Positions 14,906-28,782 of a stretch of DNA of 64,000 nt are shown here, piece after piece; position 1 is the stretch's first letter; every line of letters begins with the position of its first letter. The notes beneath the pieces were generated by a model. It saw nothing but the letters and a program-made list of their open reading frames with translations, did not search any database and was not told the DNA's origin. Position numbers and translations under genes: made by a program. This DNA is from Nymphaea colorata. Taxonomy: Eukaryota. The stretch is from assembly GCF_008831285.2 (NCBI RefSeq), contig NC_045138.2:35898001-35962000 (forward strand), written 5' to 3'.

Positions 14906-17900
14906 TCAAGATTGTCCAGGAACTGGCACAATAGAATCTGATTCTGATCCATGGACCCTCAAGCGATAGATGCATGTGTGCAATGAATTCCCGTGGTTAG
15001 ACAAAACGTCAAGCCGGATCACATCAACCACGCAGCTTGCAGCAGTGCATGGATTGAGATGGAATGTCTGCACAAAGCTTCTTTCAAGATCATATACAAA
15101 TTCACCCAGCAAAACCATCTTGTCTGGTTCAGGAGATGCTTCTTCCAGCGAACCACGTATCCAGCCAGAAACCCTGAACTCCTTGGGGGCACTCGTCCTG
15201 TCATAAGCAACGCTCTGCACAATAATTGCACGAACAAGCAAACTGATTAACTTGGACATGCATAGACAAATATGTGCTTAAAAATCTTTAACACTTAAAC
15301 CATCTTGCAAGAGGAAAATTCTTTTGTTAACAGACTGCAAATGGTTAACATTTTTAACCTAAACTTTCTTCCCAATAAAGCATCACATGCAGCAGCTTCA
15401 TAGCACAGGAAACCTTTCTTGATTTGGTATTCCTATACAGTACAAGCAGCCAGCATTCAGAGGATTGTTAAATCAAAGGCAACCTTAGTCCAACTAAAGA
15501 CAAATTCTCTTGCTTTAGTGCAACAGTAGCACATGCATTTCACTTTGGATGGTATTTCAAGCTCTCGGAAAAAAATTGCAGTAGCCAAACCAAAAGCAGT
15601 GTTCTTCAACATTTCCACTCCATTATTTCCAGTATCATTCACACATCAAAGGCCATCCCAATAAATTCCTCAGACTAAAACATCCTCACAAAGCTTTCCC
15701 CAGGTCAACGTTGAGGCTGTATGGTGATACAGCACCAACAAATTTCACTCACCAAAAGAAGGAAGTTAACCAATAAGTGCCAGAGACAACTAAAAAAAAT
15801 GGAAACAAGAATCCTCACCATGAAACGATAGCACAATGGGATTATCAGATCGGCCAGAGTTTAATAACTTAATTAGACAAGAAAACCGGGCATGAAATTG
15901 AGTGAAGAGTCTAGAAAAATTTTAACTTTTTACTGTCACCCATTATTTATTGCTAGGTTCCTTATTCGTGCAGATTGGTGCCTATCCCCATATAACCCTT
16001 TTCTCTGGCCTAGCTAGAAGATGATATTCCCTTCCGGCTAAGACTTTTCCTGCCCTTAGACTTAGAGAAGGATAATCATGGAATTGTCTTTTTTTTCATT
16101 TATTCCTGGTACAATTTCGAAAGAGCAGTAGGGAGGTGACCTTTCTTTTATGTTTTCAATAGAACAAGGCTTCCACAATTAAAGCATGAACATGATACAA
16201 CGAAACCTCCACCAGAAACCTCATGCCATAACGGAATGAATTCTGGAGACTTGAAACAGCAACAACAGACCAAAGTGATCAGTTATTTCCAAGTTGATAA
16301 CTGAGTTGAGGATTCGACTTTTTGACCCTCTGTTGGTTTTACACAAGTTTGCTTCAAAGGAGGATAGACAACTTAGATGCTGTATCTAGCTAGAAGGACT
16401 AAAACAACTGAAATTATGAAGGCAACACATGATAAATTAACTTCCACCAGAAACATTACGCAAAGTGAAATTGAATATTGAGAACTTGAGACTTAAATCG
16501 ATCAGTTTCTAAATTCTATGTTGATCTTACGAGAGTTTATTTTGTGGTTTGAGGAGAAACCTTTGATATCTGTTCTAATTGTTAGTCGTCGTTTTTCGTG
16601 ATGGACTTTCCTATGGCTAAGCAGAATCTTGAATATTTTTTTCAGGCCAAAGCTTCCAAGTCAGGATTGGCATCTTCATGCCATATGCTGCTGGATGCAA
16701 CCATATTTCTCTATCTCCAAGCTCTGAGATAAATTATTACGTTTATTTAAAAAGAAAATTGTGTTTTCCAACCATATCCATTGAAGGTAAGTTCAGTTAG
16801 TGTGAAAGATAATCCCTAATACAGTTCAAAAGTGATTAACATTTTCTCAGCCTTAAAAACATTGAGTTACTTGGGCAGACCATTTCTTGATATGCTCAAA
16901 ACATAGTTAAATCTTCAGCAATGTAGAAAAATATACAATAATGGACAAGGTGATGAACTGACTACATCTGACCATGTCCAGATTAGCAAACAAAAATTGT
17001 TTAGATGTGATTTAAACATTTGGTTAGTATTCAGAAGAATCAGAACAACATACATACTGCTACAGTGATATTTCATCATCATTTTAGTGCCTCAAAATCT
17101 TTCAACTTCTGAAATGAAAAACAGCAATATTACATACAACCAACATATAAAGGTAACATAAAGGGGTGTCCAAATGTAATTTAACATTATAGCAATAAAA
17201 TATTTAAAACTTACAAAAGCAAGTTGAGGAAAAGAAAATGACCTTTGCTACATGTTCCAGAGTGATTGCTTCAGGTATTATGGCAGTCCTCAGCTTGATC
17301 TCAACAAATCCACTGCTTCCCTTCAGTGGGAAACACTGACCAGGCTCTCCAAAACTAGGTTCAAGCATCTTGTCTGCCCTTGGATGAACTCCAGCGCCAC
17401 CTTTAGATGAAAACCAATTGTTCAGCTTAGCAGCATAATATGGCTCTGAATGCTTAATTATCTTTCCACCTCCAGAAGCTAATGCATAGTCCACCTTCCC
17501 AAGCCCATCAGCTGCATGCTTTTCAATTTCTTTCATGACAATATCCCTAGCAACAGTCCTAACTTTGTCCCAGTTCAGTTCTTGGTCACCAATCTCCGAG
17601 TTTGTATTGTTAACCAATTCCTTCAGAAATTGTGAAACTTCTTCCTTTGACAAAAATTCCATTTCCTTCAATTTCTTTTCAAGAGACTCCCCTTTATCCT
17701 CCAACTTTTTGATCTTATGACCAAGCAATACACTTTGCTCCTCTACTTTTCCAATGACCTCCTTCCTAAAACTTCCTAACTGGCCCTCAATCTTTCGGTC
17801 AATGGCCTCAACCTGAACTTGCATCATTTTTGTTGTAGCCTTCAGTGAGCCCTCAATTTCAGCAAGCTTATTTTCATAGTCCAGCAAGCCAAATGGAGCA

Positions 17901-18310
17901 CTGTCATTGGTGTGCCATGACAATAATTTGATCAAACCAACAATCCCAAGGATCAGCAGACTGAGCTTCGCAGTGACACTAATGCATCGCTCCCACCCTG
18001 GTTGCTCAGTTCGCATAACAACTTTCCTTCGCCTAGGTGTAACAGCTGAAGCTGGCACACCTTTTCTCGACGGTGTCTCTTTTGATCTATCAAGAGCTGT
18101 CTCTCCTCTAATTACATGGTTCGTATCCTTACCATCTGTGACGTTTACTGCATTGGAGCCATGGATCCCTCTATCTGACAAGAGTTCGACATGAGTAGTC
18201 CTTTCTGTCTGGATCACGGTCCTCCTCCTTGGAGTAGGCAGCGAATTAGAATTATGACCTGTTGAAGGGTCAGCAGCAACCGGAGTTGGGGCAGCTTCTG
18301 ATGCAGACAT
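14906..18310 (-). CDS. SUN1: C-terminal SUN-domain inner nuclear membrane protein (SUN1/SUN2-like), 2 coding exons, ~458 aa
   Basis: Exons 18310-17243 and 15214-14906 join in phase 0 (EHVAK|SVAYDRTSAPK). Basic N-terminal clusters, one TM segment, coiled coil, SUN motifs DYALASGG, PGQCFPL, TCIYRLRVHG. Probable 5' UTR intron (acceptor ~18323, donor near 19454). Confidence 0.93.
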
Positions 18311-19418
18311 GAGGCCTTCACTCTAGAAAAGCTCCCCTATTTTTCAGTTACCAAAAGCATCAGAATAACGGGAGAATTTCATACTTAAAAAACATGAACC
18401 CGTGAGAAGTAAGAAAGAACGTCCAAAAAGAGGAACTAAATAGGAAAAACAAACATAGGTATTCAATCAATGTATAGAGAAAAATATCCTAGACACGTCA
18501 AAAGCCAAACCAAGATAGGAGAGACAACCATATGACGAACAACATCAAGAAGAATTTGTTACTTTAAGCAACCAAACAACAAACTACTCCAACCGCCATA
18601 ACCAAACGGCGTCCTCAGAAGAAAGCCAGAAACCCACATTTCAAACTTTCAAGAACCACAAATTAATACCATGGAAGACCCAACATGGATGGCAGATCAA
18701 GATGGTATCAGGAACCAAAAAACACCGAAGGATGACGAAATAAGCACATAAGAAGAAACTATGAAGCGGCCAACCATGAGTATCTGGAAGAAACCAAAGT
18801 GCTGATCTGCCAACAAGTCGGGGATCGTAAAAGAACAAGTAGACCCAAGTATTACGCGGCAAAGTAACTCGTTTATGAGAAAACGGTTAGAAGCCCGTTC
18901 AATTATCAATAATCTCCAAACATCCAAACAATGAGGGTTTCGTAACAACCAAATCCAAGCCATCACAAGAACAGCAACCACCAAATACTATAGCTAATTT
19001 GCAGGATAGAGAGAGAAAAAAAAAGAGAGCCATAACATAAGATCTTTAATCTGCAAAAACCCAAAAAAGGAACAAAAACGAAAAAAAAAAAGGATACCAG
19101 CTTCAGGAATCGAATGAAGGAGGTACAAACGAACAAGAGAAAAATACTAACTTGAAGAATCGATTTGCAGAAGGCAAAAAAGGAAACGCCTCGAAAAGGC
19201 GCGTAACAAAGACGCGACGTTTGAAAGCCGCGAAAAAACCGCCAGAAGCGACGAGACTCAAGTTGGGGGCTTCATCCAGGGAAAGAACGGAGATAAGAGA
19301 TGCAACCACAATAAAACCCAAATTACTTACATACCAATGTGGATTAAAAATATAAACTCATGAAAGAAGACATCAGTCTCAAAAAGTTACAAACCGATAG
19401 CATTTTGAAATTCAAAAT

Positions 19419-19455
<37 letters not shown>

Positions 19456-20964
19456 CGGGAACCGAAAGTCTGCGGCTTCAAAAGAAAGCCCGTCACCTTC
19501 TCGATGTCTTGCGAGATGTCCCTATACGCTATCTGGTCAGAGCACCCATTCATATGATCCTGCACCCCACCACCCACAGAGAGAGAGAGAGAGGAACCGC
19601 CGGAATTCAGATCCAGCGCGGCGCCATTCCATGAGAGGAATTAGGAGGGTCCGATGCGAAAATCGGCGTGGTCGAGCAGAGAGTCCCGAAATTGCTGAGA
19701 CCCGATTCGTCTCTTTTGGGGACACCCGATGGAAATTGGAATGAAACTCGATTCGGCTACGCTCGAAACTGTTCCGGGTCCATCTTGACCGTCCCGATAA
19801 TCAAAATGGCTCGTAGTCGGATCATCATGCACATCAGAAACAGGTCTTCTCCATTGTACATATTTAAAAAAAAAAAAGATTTTGGTGGGTTGAATATTTT
19901 TTTTAATTGATAATAAGACCAAGAGGAGCGCCAATTCAAAAAATTTTAGACTTTTAAAGACACCAATATTTATTATAAATGAGAAAATAATTGATGGCAA
20001 TAGCAGGGGCTTTGGCTAACATTTGAAAAAATTCAAAAATTTATATGTAAATTTCAAAAACATTAGTTTAACATATATAAAAAATTTGAAAAATTTTATT
20101 TTCGCCTTTGTTAAAATTTTAAAATTATATTTTAGCTTCTTAGTTCTGCCCCTATACGATCGTATGGGCAAGTGCCCACATATGGCTCCACCACTAGCCT
20201 AAGTCCGGTGCACCTAAGTCAAGTTGTCAACGTATGTACCCATGAAAACACACAGAGAAGGGTGGTCGACAATATAGTTCTTTTGCTTGAAAAGGGCTGG
20301 CAGGAACCGCTAGTTTCTTTTAAACTCAGCGAAGTTCCGATTGATAAGATTGGAAAAGTACCTAAGACTGCATGATTTGGCGCCATGAGGAGTCAAATGG
20401 TTGTGACATTTTTTACAAGCATTTCTTGGTTCGACTCAAACACGTCCTAAACCTAAACAGCATGCTTGAATCAATTGTTGACATCGAGTCATGAGACAGT
20501 TTATCTCTCGCACGCTCAAAATAAGCGCGCTCCCATCAGTGCAGCCGTTTTGTTCTAGATTTTTAAGTCGTGCCACAAGTCCCTCCAGTCACTCTCCTAC
20601 GTTCTGGTTGACTAGGCTCTCAGGATACTCTTCCGAATGCAAACCACATTTACGGCATCTTTACACTGTTTAGGAAAAAAAAATCTTAGCCCATTCAAAC
20701 ATACTTTTTAGTTTTAACAGAACAGAGGTCGAAAGTACAGTGCAAGAGTAATGTTTTCTGTATAATTTGGCAATGGTCTAACTATCCCAGATTATTGATT
20801 GGCCCTGATCAAGAGATGCCGGTATTGGACTTGGATTCGGATCCTATCAAATTCAAATGTTTCATATGAAAAACTATGCATAACTTAATGTAGTTAAGAA
20901 ACCAAACACGCTCACACAGAGAAAAGTAAACATAAGCAAGCTGGGCCCAAGAAGAGTATTATAA

Positions 20965-21090
20965 GGGGTCGTTTGGCAACCATAACATACTGTTATTGTA
21001 TCATAAATGTGCCCCAAAAAATGGAGTAGGTTCATAGAGTACTTTTGAGGCGCATGGGACTAATCGCATATTAATCTTCCCAAAGACCCC
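20965..21090. mobile_element. Tourist-like (PIF/Harbinger) MITE
   Basis: Imperfect TIR GGGGTCGTTTGG / CCAAAGACCCC flanked by TAA on both sides. Confidence 0.6.
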
Positions 21091-21496
21091 TAAAAGGATG
21101 AATATGATTATTGTTACAATTTTAGGCCTCTAGTTCAGTGTTCACATCCATACATGCCAACAAAAAAGAGAGTAAAAAACATGGGTTTAAGCTATAAGGT
21201 TTCAAAGTAAATTTGCCTTCTCTAAAATTGCCAGCTTCCATAAGGTAAACGATCTGATACTGTGTTCAAATAATGGCAGAAGAATACATTGAGTACCATC
21301 ATAAGAAGGTGTGAGGTAGGAGTTGATGTTACGTGATCATATAATTTACATAGGAACCATTATTATTTTATCAAAAAATTCAAGATGGGCCACAAATTGC
21401 TCGTCCCCAAAAGCACAATGGAAACCATAAGTTGCGGTCAATTTTCAGTTTTCAGAATGACATTCGTTCATGGTGTCAGGTAAGAAACTTGAGACT

Positions 21497-21706
21497 GGGG
21501 TGTTTGATTACTTTATATTTTAGATCCATGGCCTTGTCAAAACATGCACACTGCTGCTGATGTGACATGCACCCTAAGATCTGTAATTCACCAAACATTT
21601 TGCTTTTAGCATGGGTAAAAAGTCCAACACAAGTTTGAGGGAGAAAGTCAGATATTAAATCCATGGATTTCAAATCTTGATTATATCAAAGGTAACTAAA
21701 CACCCC
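21497..21706. mobile_element. Tourist-like MITE, degenerate
   Basis: GGGGTGTTTG ... TAAACACCCC termini; TTA on the right, left TSD not conserved. Confidence 0.45.
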
Positions 21707-22636
21707 TTAGTTTCTCACATTCGAAACCAATATATGTTACCAGCATATCACGTATCGGCCTTCACCACCTTGCCAAAATGAATTTTAAGTTATTTAAGTT
21801 GAAATACGTGTAGTAATAACTGAAAAAAAAACAAGGAATATGATTAAAGACATTTCATGGAATATTCTTTCACTTGGAGGGCGTTTGAATCGTCTCTGTA
21901 ATCATAGAACAGGAACTTCATCCACAGAATATGTTGTAAACTTCCGATCGAGGAGGGCCTCAACCTTCGCGACACCGAAGAAGAACGTATCCTGTAATTC
22001 CTAATGATCCGGAAAACAGGAGTAATGGCGCTAAGGCTAGAGAAGGCCAGAACGGGCCGAAACCATCCATATATTGCTCAAATGAAGCTCGACTACAGGT
22101 AGGCAAAGCAGCAGATAAACTTTCCAGACGCAGGTACACACGAAGATGATTAGTGGTGGTAGTGCATCTTCTCGTTCGATCACATTTTCAATGAAATTTT
22201 AAGTTAGGAATGAACGTGCATGTTTTCCAATGCTGAGATCAAGAAAGGAATTGACTTCAATGATCAAACCCTCGTGTTTCCAGCCTTTTCTCTTGTTCGA
22301 AAAGCAGCTGCATGCTGTCTGGCCACGATAGTGTACTCGCTCTTTATGTGGTGACAACATGACGTATATATTAATCAATGCATGAGACATGTTCCTTATT
22401 TCCTTGAATGCTAATTGCTTCGCTCTTTTATATATATGGTAGTACAATAAATATATAGAGGAATAGATGTGAATGATCCTAAGCTAAACAGAGGATGAAT
22501 TTGAAGCATTCTTTTTTGTGAAGAAAAAATTGAAGGGAACTACCTTCATGGTTACAATAATGATACAATGCGGCAATAACTTATACTTTTCTTAAGTTTA
22601 CAGATATGTGGCTTGGTTGAAATCTAGCAATAATTC

Positions 22637-22685
<49 letters not shown>

Positions 22686-22706
22686 GGAGATTAGGAATTT
22701 GCAGAT

Positions 22707-25700
22707 CTAGATGCGATCGACTAGAAGCATTTTGATGTGTTCTTCCAAGTCCAAGAGGCGACCATCCTTCTCACATTGGTACATGACCGGACAGGCCCGA
22801 GCTGCATTGAGCGCTACCCTTGCGAAGGAAGGAGGGAAAGGGTTAGGGTTGGTAGGCAGCACAAGGCACTCCCTGTTCATCTTCTCCCATGCGCTGCTGA
22901 TCATCTGCTTAACGTGTTTTCTTGCTTCTTCTTCTGTTGCGCCAAACTCCTTCATGTAACAGTCTATGTATGACGCATCGTATCCCCTCTCTTGCTCATC
23001 CTGTACATGCATGTAATTGCCAACATTAATCGTGGAACTCTTAGCAAGGTTGAAGTAATCCGAAACAGGGAGGTGGAGAAATTAAAAAAAAAAAAATTGT
23101 TTTCTAATAAATATATCAACCTTGTTTTATCAGAACTTTAGGAGGGAGACACATTAAAGAGTTTCATATATCAAAGTGTATTTGTTTCATTAATAATGTG
23201 AAAGGAAAGGTGGGGGGGGGGGGGGGGGGTCGATTATAAATCATTAGTTCTCAAATCCTAAGAGTCTCAAATCTGAGGCTATCAAATGCTGCCTACATGT
23301 TTGACAGCCTGATACCTGAGATTTGAGGCCACAACTGATCCATGGGGATTTGTAAGCCATAGATCAGTAGCTGCATCCACTGTTTGCTTCACCTAATGTT
23401 AGTTTGTGGCCGTCAGACATGGGCATAAGGTCCTCTAACTGAAGCAGTGATCTTAAAAATACTTAAACAAAAGGGATGGATGAAGATACATAAGATGAAA
23501 GACATACCATGGTGCTTCCCCAGTCATCCCACAATCTAAGAATCATGGCAGAGTACCAAACGAGCCCTTCCCTTTGGTGCAACGCATCCACCGGCCCATC
23601 TTTTGGCTCAGAGAAGCCCATGAGATAATAGACGTGAACCAAAGCAGCAGGCAGCCCTGTGCTCACAACTCTGTTTCTAAGATACTCTTCTGTTTTTGGC
23701 ATAAACCTTGTACTTTTCCACTTGGCTTCCTCCATGTATGCTTGAGTCAACGTCGCCCACTATACAACATATCAAACACAAAAACAATTGTTGATTTAAA
23801 AACATTAATAACTAAAGGAGTAAACTGAAACTCTAATAGAGCGTTTGATAAGAATATTGTATCTTTTGGAACCCCATGTTTCCAAATACATGTTTCAGGA
23901 GCACCATCCATGATCACACTATGTTTCTTAAAAGAAAAACAAGGTGCCCTTAGAATATGTTTTATAAGAACATGTATTTGATGAACAAGAGGTTTGTTCT
24001 TCTTCTTGTCAAACGAACAACCAAGAGAAAATAAAGATATTAAAGATAAGCATGTATATAAGTAAAGTATTGTATGAAGGGAATTAGGAAGAGTAGGGTT
24101 TATTATCATGCGGTTTCACCTACCACTTGTTTCAGTTTGTCATAGACATTGTGCCCGTGCCTTTTCTGTACGTGGCTTTGGATCTCGATGGTGACATCAC
24201 GTAAGGCCATGAAACATGTCCTGAGGTAGGCAGGAAGTGTATGCACAAACCCTAGGTCCCACCTGAATTAAAAAAGCAATGGAGTACTTAGCAGACCACA
24301 AAATTAAGAGGTGCATTTGTTCTTCACAAATTGCTAGGAATGCTGAATTACATGCATAATCAAATCATATTAATATGATCTTAGTAATGCTTGGATGAAA
24401 ATCATATGCCAAGTCATTTTTTCAGTTTAACATGTTCTTATAATAATAATTAAAAAATGAATGGCTCTTATGACATCAAATTTTCAATGGTAAAAAAATA
24501 AATATTTTTCTTAAAAACAACTTCAATTAAAACATGGTAGAATGTTCATATTTTCTTTAAAATAATTTTTGTCAAGAATTTAGGAGGCCTAGCTTTTGTC
24601 GGTAGTCAAAATGGTCTAGGAAGAACACTACTTCATAAAATGTAGCTCAGAGGGTAGATCCTCGACAGGACAGAAGGAAAGATATTTAATTGATAGGACG
24701 AAAAGGGACAAAACGAACGAAAAAAATGTGCCTCCCTCTTTAAACGTCACACGAAGCAAATTAACGGCAGGTTTGAATCAACGTCGTTTTCCTGAATTTA
24801 ATTTATAGGCTTTAAGCCCATGTGATGGAAACACTGTACGTAGCAATGAAAGGAGAAGAAGAACAGAAGAGAAAGGGTGATGATCAGTTCACCCTCACCT
24901 GGCAACTGCTTCTGTGAAAAGATGCAGCTCCTCCATCGATCCGCGAACATCGTAAATGTCATCGATTGTGTAGATTAAGGCAACTACCTTTGTAATTTTC
25001 AACCTACAATCCGAGAGGTGTGGCTCTGGCAGCATTGAGAGCGGGAACATAAACCACACCAGCACCTGGTCTCTAATAAATCCCAGCTCTTCCGCCAATC
25101 CCAGTCCTTTCCACCACCTAGCAAGCACGGAGCCATGATTGACATCGTTATATATAGAAATACAAAATTATGCCATAAAGAATATAAAGAAGAAACGGAA
25201 GCTTCCAAATAGGTCACCGAATGTTTTTTGCATCCTCAAATTATTGGTAAGCACTTTTTACTTTCAACCTTTCTGCTCCGATAATTGTTGAAAATAAAAG
25301 TTCTTGAAAACAGATCTACTCGTGTTTCTGACTGTCATAAAGACAGAGATTGGGCTTTGTTAATTAATTCTATAAAACTTTTCTCAGAGTATCTGAAATC
25401 TTTAATCAGGAGATCAGATCGACGCGCTTACTTGGAGACCTCCCACAGCTCCTTCCGGTACAAGGACTGTGTGTAATCGCAATCCAACTTCGCTAGCTCT
25501 ATCAGGATATCATGCTTGCAGTCCTCTCCATCTTGGCAATCTTGAATGTAACGCCTGGCCTGAAATCCGGCCAAGCTGTGGTGGAACGGCTGCTCCAAGG
25601 CCCGGGCCACCTTAGTCGAGGCCTCCAGGAAGGGCTGCAGTTGTGAAGTAGCGAAGGATCTAGCTTCATGTAGCGACACTTCACCGTCTATCCCAAGAAA

Positions 25701-27056
25701 AGAGGCCTCATATAAACTCAGCAGCCCCCTCACATCTTGTTCCAATTCATGTTTGAATGATCCTTTCCTATCTTTGAAACTTTCAAAAACTCCTGCAAAT
25801 GGACCGTGATCACGATGATAAATTCCAGCTTCATTCTAAAGAACGGAAAATGAAGGAAAGAAAGTTTTTCTTTTAACTGTTTTCGTTTCAAGTTTACCTG
25901 GGGAGACATAGCAACCATGTTGTCTCAGCAGTCTGAATGCAAGACTCACATCATGGAGATCAAGCTCTTTGATCATACCATCATTCAATAAATTACCACG
26001 AACGCAGCTCAAAATGTTTCCAATCTCTTCTTCGAAATAATAAGCGACCCCTAGCTGCTGGATGGCATCTACCAAACTCAACATCTCCGACGTGTTTGCA
26101 GCAGATCTGAGAATCAACCTCACTTTGTTCTTCAACGCCTCCATCCTTTGTAAGGACACAACCTGTGTATCAATGCTGGCAAATTTTAACAATAACTTTA
26201 CTTATTATTGCTTAAAAAGACACTGATTTCATAAAATTAAATTGAGCCATTGGTTTTAGTTTGTTTGATGAATTTAAATGGTAAGACTCCTCCCTAACTT
26301 CTATTTAATCTCTAGTCTGGTTTAGTGTTTGAGCCCCAAACACAGACACCCGTGTTGGAGAGCCTTAAAGACTGAAGAACCCAACCGTGGAACCAAAGAA
26401 AACGGGATAACAAATAAAAAAAATGGCTCCCCAGCTAGAGCAAAACGGGGATCATGACAAAAATATGTGCTTCTTTTTGTTTGATCACTCAACCAAAAGT
26501 GAGTGGTCTGTTTTCCGAGGGGTCAAAGATATAAACGGTGGGACGTTCGGTTGACTCCAGTAGAAGGAGAATGTTCGATTTCCCTTTCCGCTGGATGAAA
26601 CAGACGGGAACTGAGGAACAAAAATAATCACACTCTCCCAACACAGCCATGAACCATGCGTCTGATCATAGATAGTAACTGTGCCTCGGGAGCAGCCTAT
26701 GGATCCGATCAGGACGACAGTGTTCATCGATTCAGCGACCTGTTAATCCCCACTTGGGTACGCGATCCCAATGGTAAATCTGACGGACGATCGAGCATGC
26801 CCAGGACACCAGAATTCACTTGATATATACTTGCCTTCCTCTCTCTGGCTAGCGAAGAGACCAAGTTGTGCTCCGAAGTGCTGCTCCGATAGTTGGGACT
26901 CAAACGAGGGACGAGCGGAAGGTTGCCGTTTAATTGGGTGGCGGAGGAAGTAGAGTTGCTGACGTTCTTATTCAGTGCCTCTCTCTGCTGCATCCTCGGT
27001 GGGCGCTGGTCGATGGTTGCGGAAGGCAAAAGGCAAAAGCAGGAAGTAGTTGACAT
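22707..27056 (-). CDS. TPS: Terpene synthase, TPS-g-like (linalool/nerolidol synthase type), 7 exons, ~583 aa, apparently intact
   Basis: Exons 27056-26835 (GC donor; alternative GT donor at 26820), 26162-25898, 25792-25432, 25117-24899, 24262-24124, 23759-23508, 23000-22707, all in phase. Motifs LGVAYYFEEEI, FRLLRQHG, LLSLYEAS, DDIYD (DDxxD), RLWDDWGSTMDE; RRx8W degenerate. Confidence 0.9.
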
Positions 27057-27174
27057 GGTACTGATAAAAGAGAGAGGATGATGAGATCAGAACTGTTCTT
27101 CCCTTGCCGGCGAGTGATCGAGAAACGGAGAAGAAGGATGCCGGTCGACGGTCGGACCACAACGTCGATGTAGC

Positions 27175-27181
27175 ATTTATA
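27175..27181 (-). promoter_or_regulatory. Candidate TATA box of the - strand TPS
   Basis: TATAAAT on the - strand about 120 nt upstream of the ATG at 27056. Confidence 0.5.
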
Positions 27182-28679
27182 GAAGGAGCCGGCCCATTCT
27201 TTTCTTCCCTTTCCACGGCTACCCTTTGCTTGTCGACAAATTCACGAGAGAGAGAACCTAGCTCGTACCAGTTTGGCAGCTTCATCGTTGCACAGCACAC
27301 TGAAACCTACAAAAAGAAAGTGTTGTTATGAGCAATGGTGTCAGAACCGATTGGGTGAATCTGTGAATCAATCGGAATCGGGATCGAAATAAATTTGTGG
27401 ACAGGAAAATTAACTTTTAATTATGAAAAAATATCAAAAAATAAAAAAATAATTTAAAAGCTCCTGACAAAGTGAAAAAGAAACGTTTCAAAGCCCAAAA
27501 AATATCAAGAATAAAGGATTGGACTAATGGCATGCGGCTCTAACAGCACAAAATAATTGTGGATTATGAAGGTTCGAAGAAACTAAAAGGAGGTTGGTTC
27601 TCCAAAATAATTGCCGTGTGGCTTTGCAAATTAGTCATTTACGTCTCCTTTGCATTATTAGTTCAATGAAGAAGACACCGACCTTTCTCCACATGAGGGT
27701 ATTGGAACTATATTATTTAATTAGACCCTACATCTCGCTGTCAAGTCAACGGACCAACCATTCCAGTCAAAATTGACTGCAAAGTGCAACTTATATTTGC
27801 ATGTGTAAAAGGTAATTTTGCAAAACAATTCTTTGTATTTATTTTGTCCAATTTCACATCTATAGATAATTGATTTCCCTCCAGTCAAGATTGACTGCAA
27901 TGCAACCTGAATATGCATGTGTTAGAAAAGCAAAAATAAATAAAGGCGGGTACTTTTGCAAAACAATTCTTTGTCCAATTTCATATGCCTTGCTTACTTA
28001 CCTACATATAATAATTGATTGCCCTCCCATCAGCTATACAAACATTTTTAGCTAGGAATTCTCATTTTTAGCTAGAGAATATTGCATTGCAAACTCTTCT
28101 TTCCCTTTCTTTATAACTTACTAGAAAGCAAATCAATCATCCGTACTTTGCATTATTAGTGCATACAGACAGTAGTTGTATTTACAAAAACCGTCCACGT
28201 GACTATATTTATTTAGGCAAAGAAACTCTCAAAAACGCCTCTTGTGCCATAACACAAGAACCGGCCCTTAGTTTAAATTAATTAATTTATTTGATTGTTG
28301 GTGAAATTTATGCAATTTAGTGTACTTTTTCTGACCCAATACAAGCACACACTTTCTAGGTTACCAGATATCATAAAATTAGAGGCGCTATTAAAAAGTT
28401 TTCCAAGGGAAAAAGCTTTTCCTTTTAAGTTTCAATAAAATTAATTGAGATTATTCAGATTTTCAAAAGATTCAAGCACTCATTGACGACGCAACTGGTC
28501 GGTCATAATTTAATTTTTTGAGAATGAGGAGTTAAAAAATTTCTGGTTAAAGGAGGAGCACTACTGGTTAAGAACATTCACATCCAAAAAATTTAAAACA
28601 ATAAATGAAATATCAATATATAAATGAAGTAAATTTTGTGGGTTGGTGTGAAAATATACTTAAAGCTCCTGCTGCTGCC

Positions 28680-28739
28680 CAGGGGCGGAGCCAGGATTTT
28701 TTCTCAGGGCGAGCCGAACGGTCCAACTAACTGTAATAC

Positions 28740-28782
<43 letters not shown>

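Noticed and set aside
21870..22200. Possible retroelement or gene relic
   Set aside because: No motif I could recognise in any frame.
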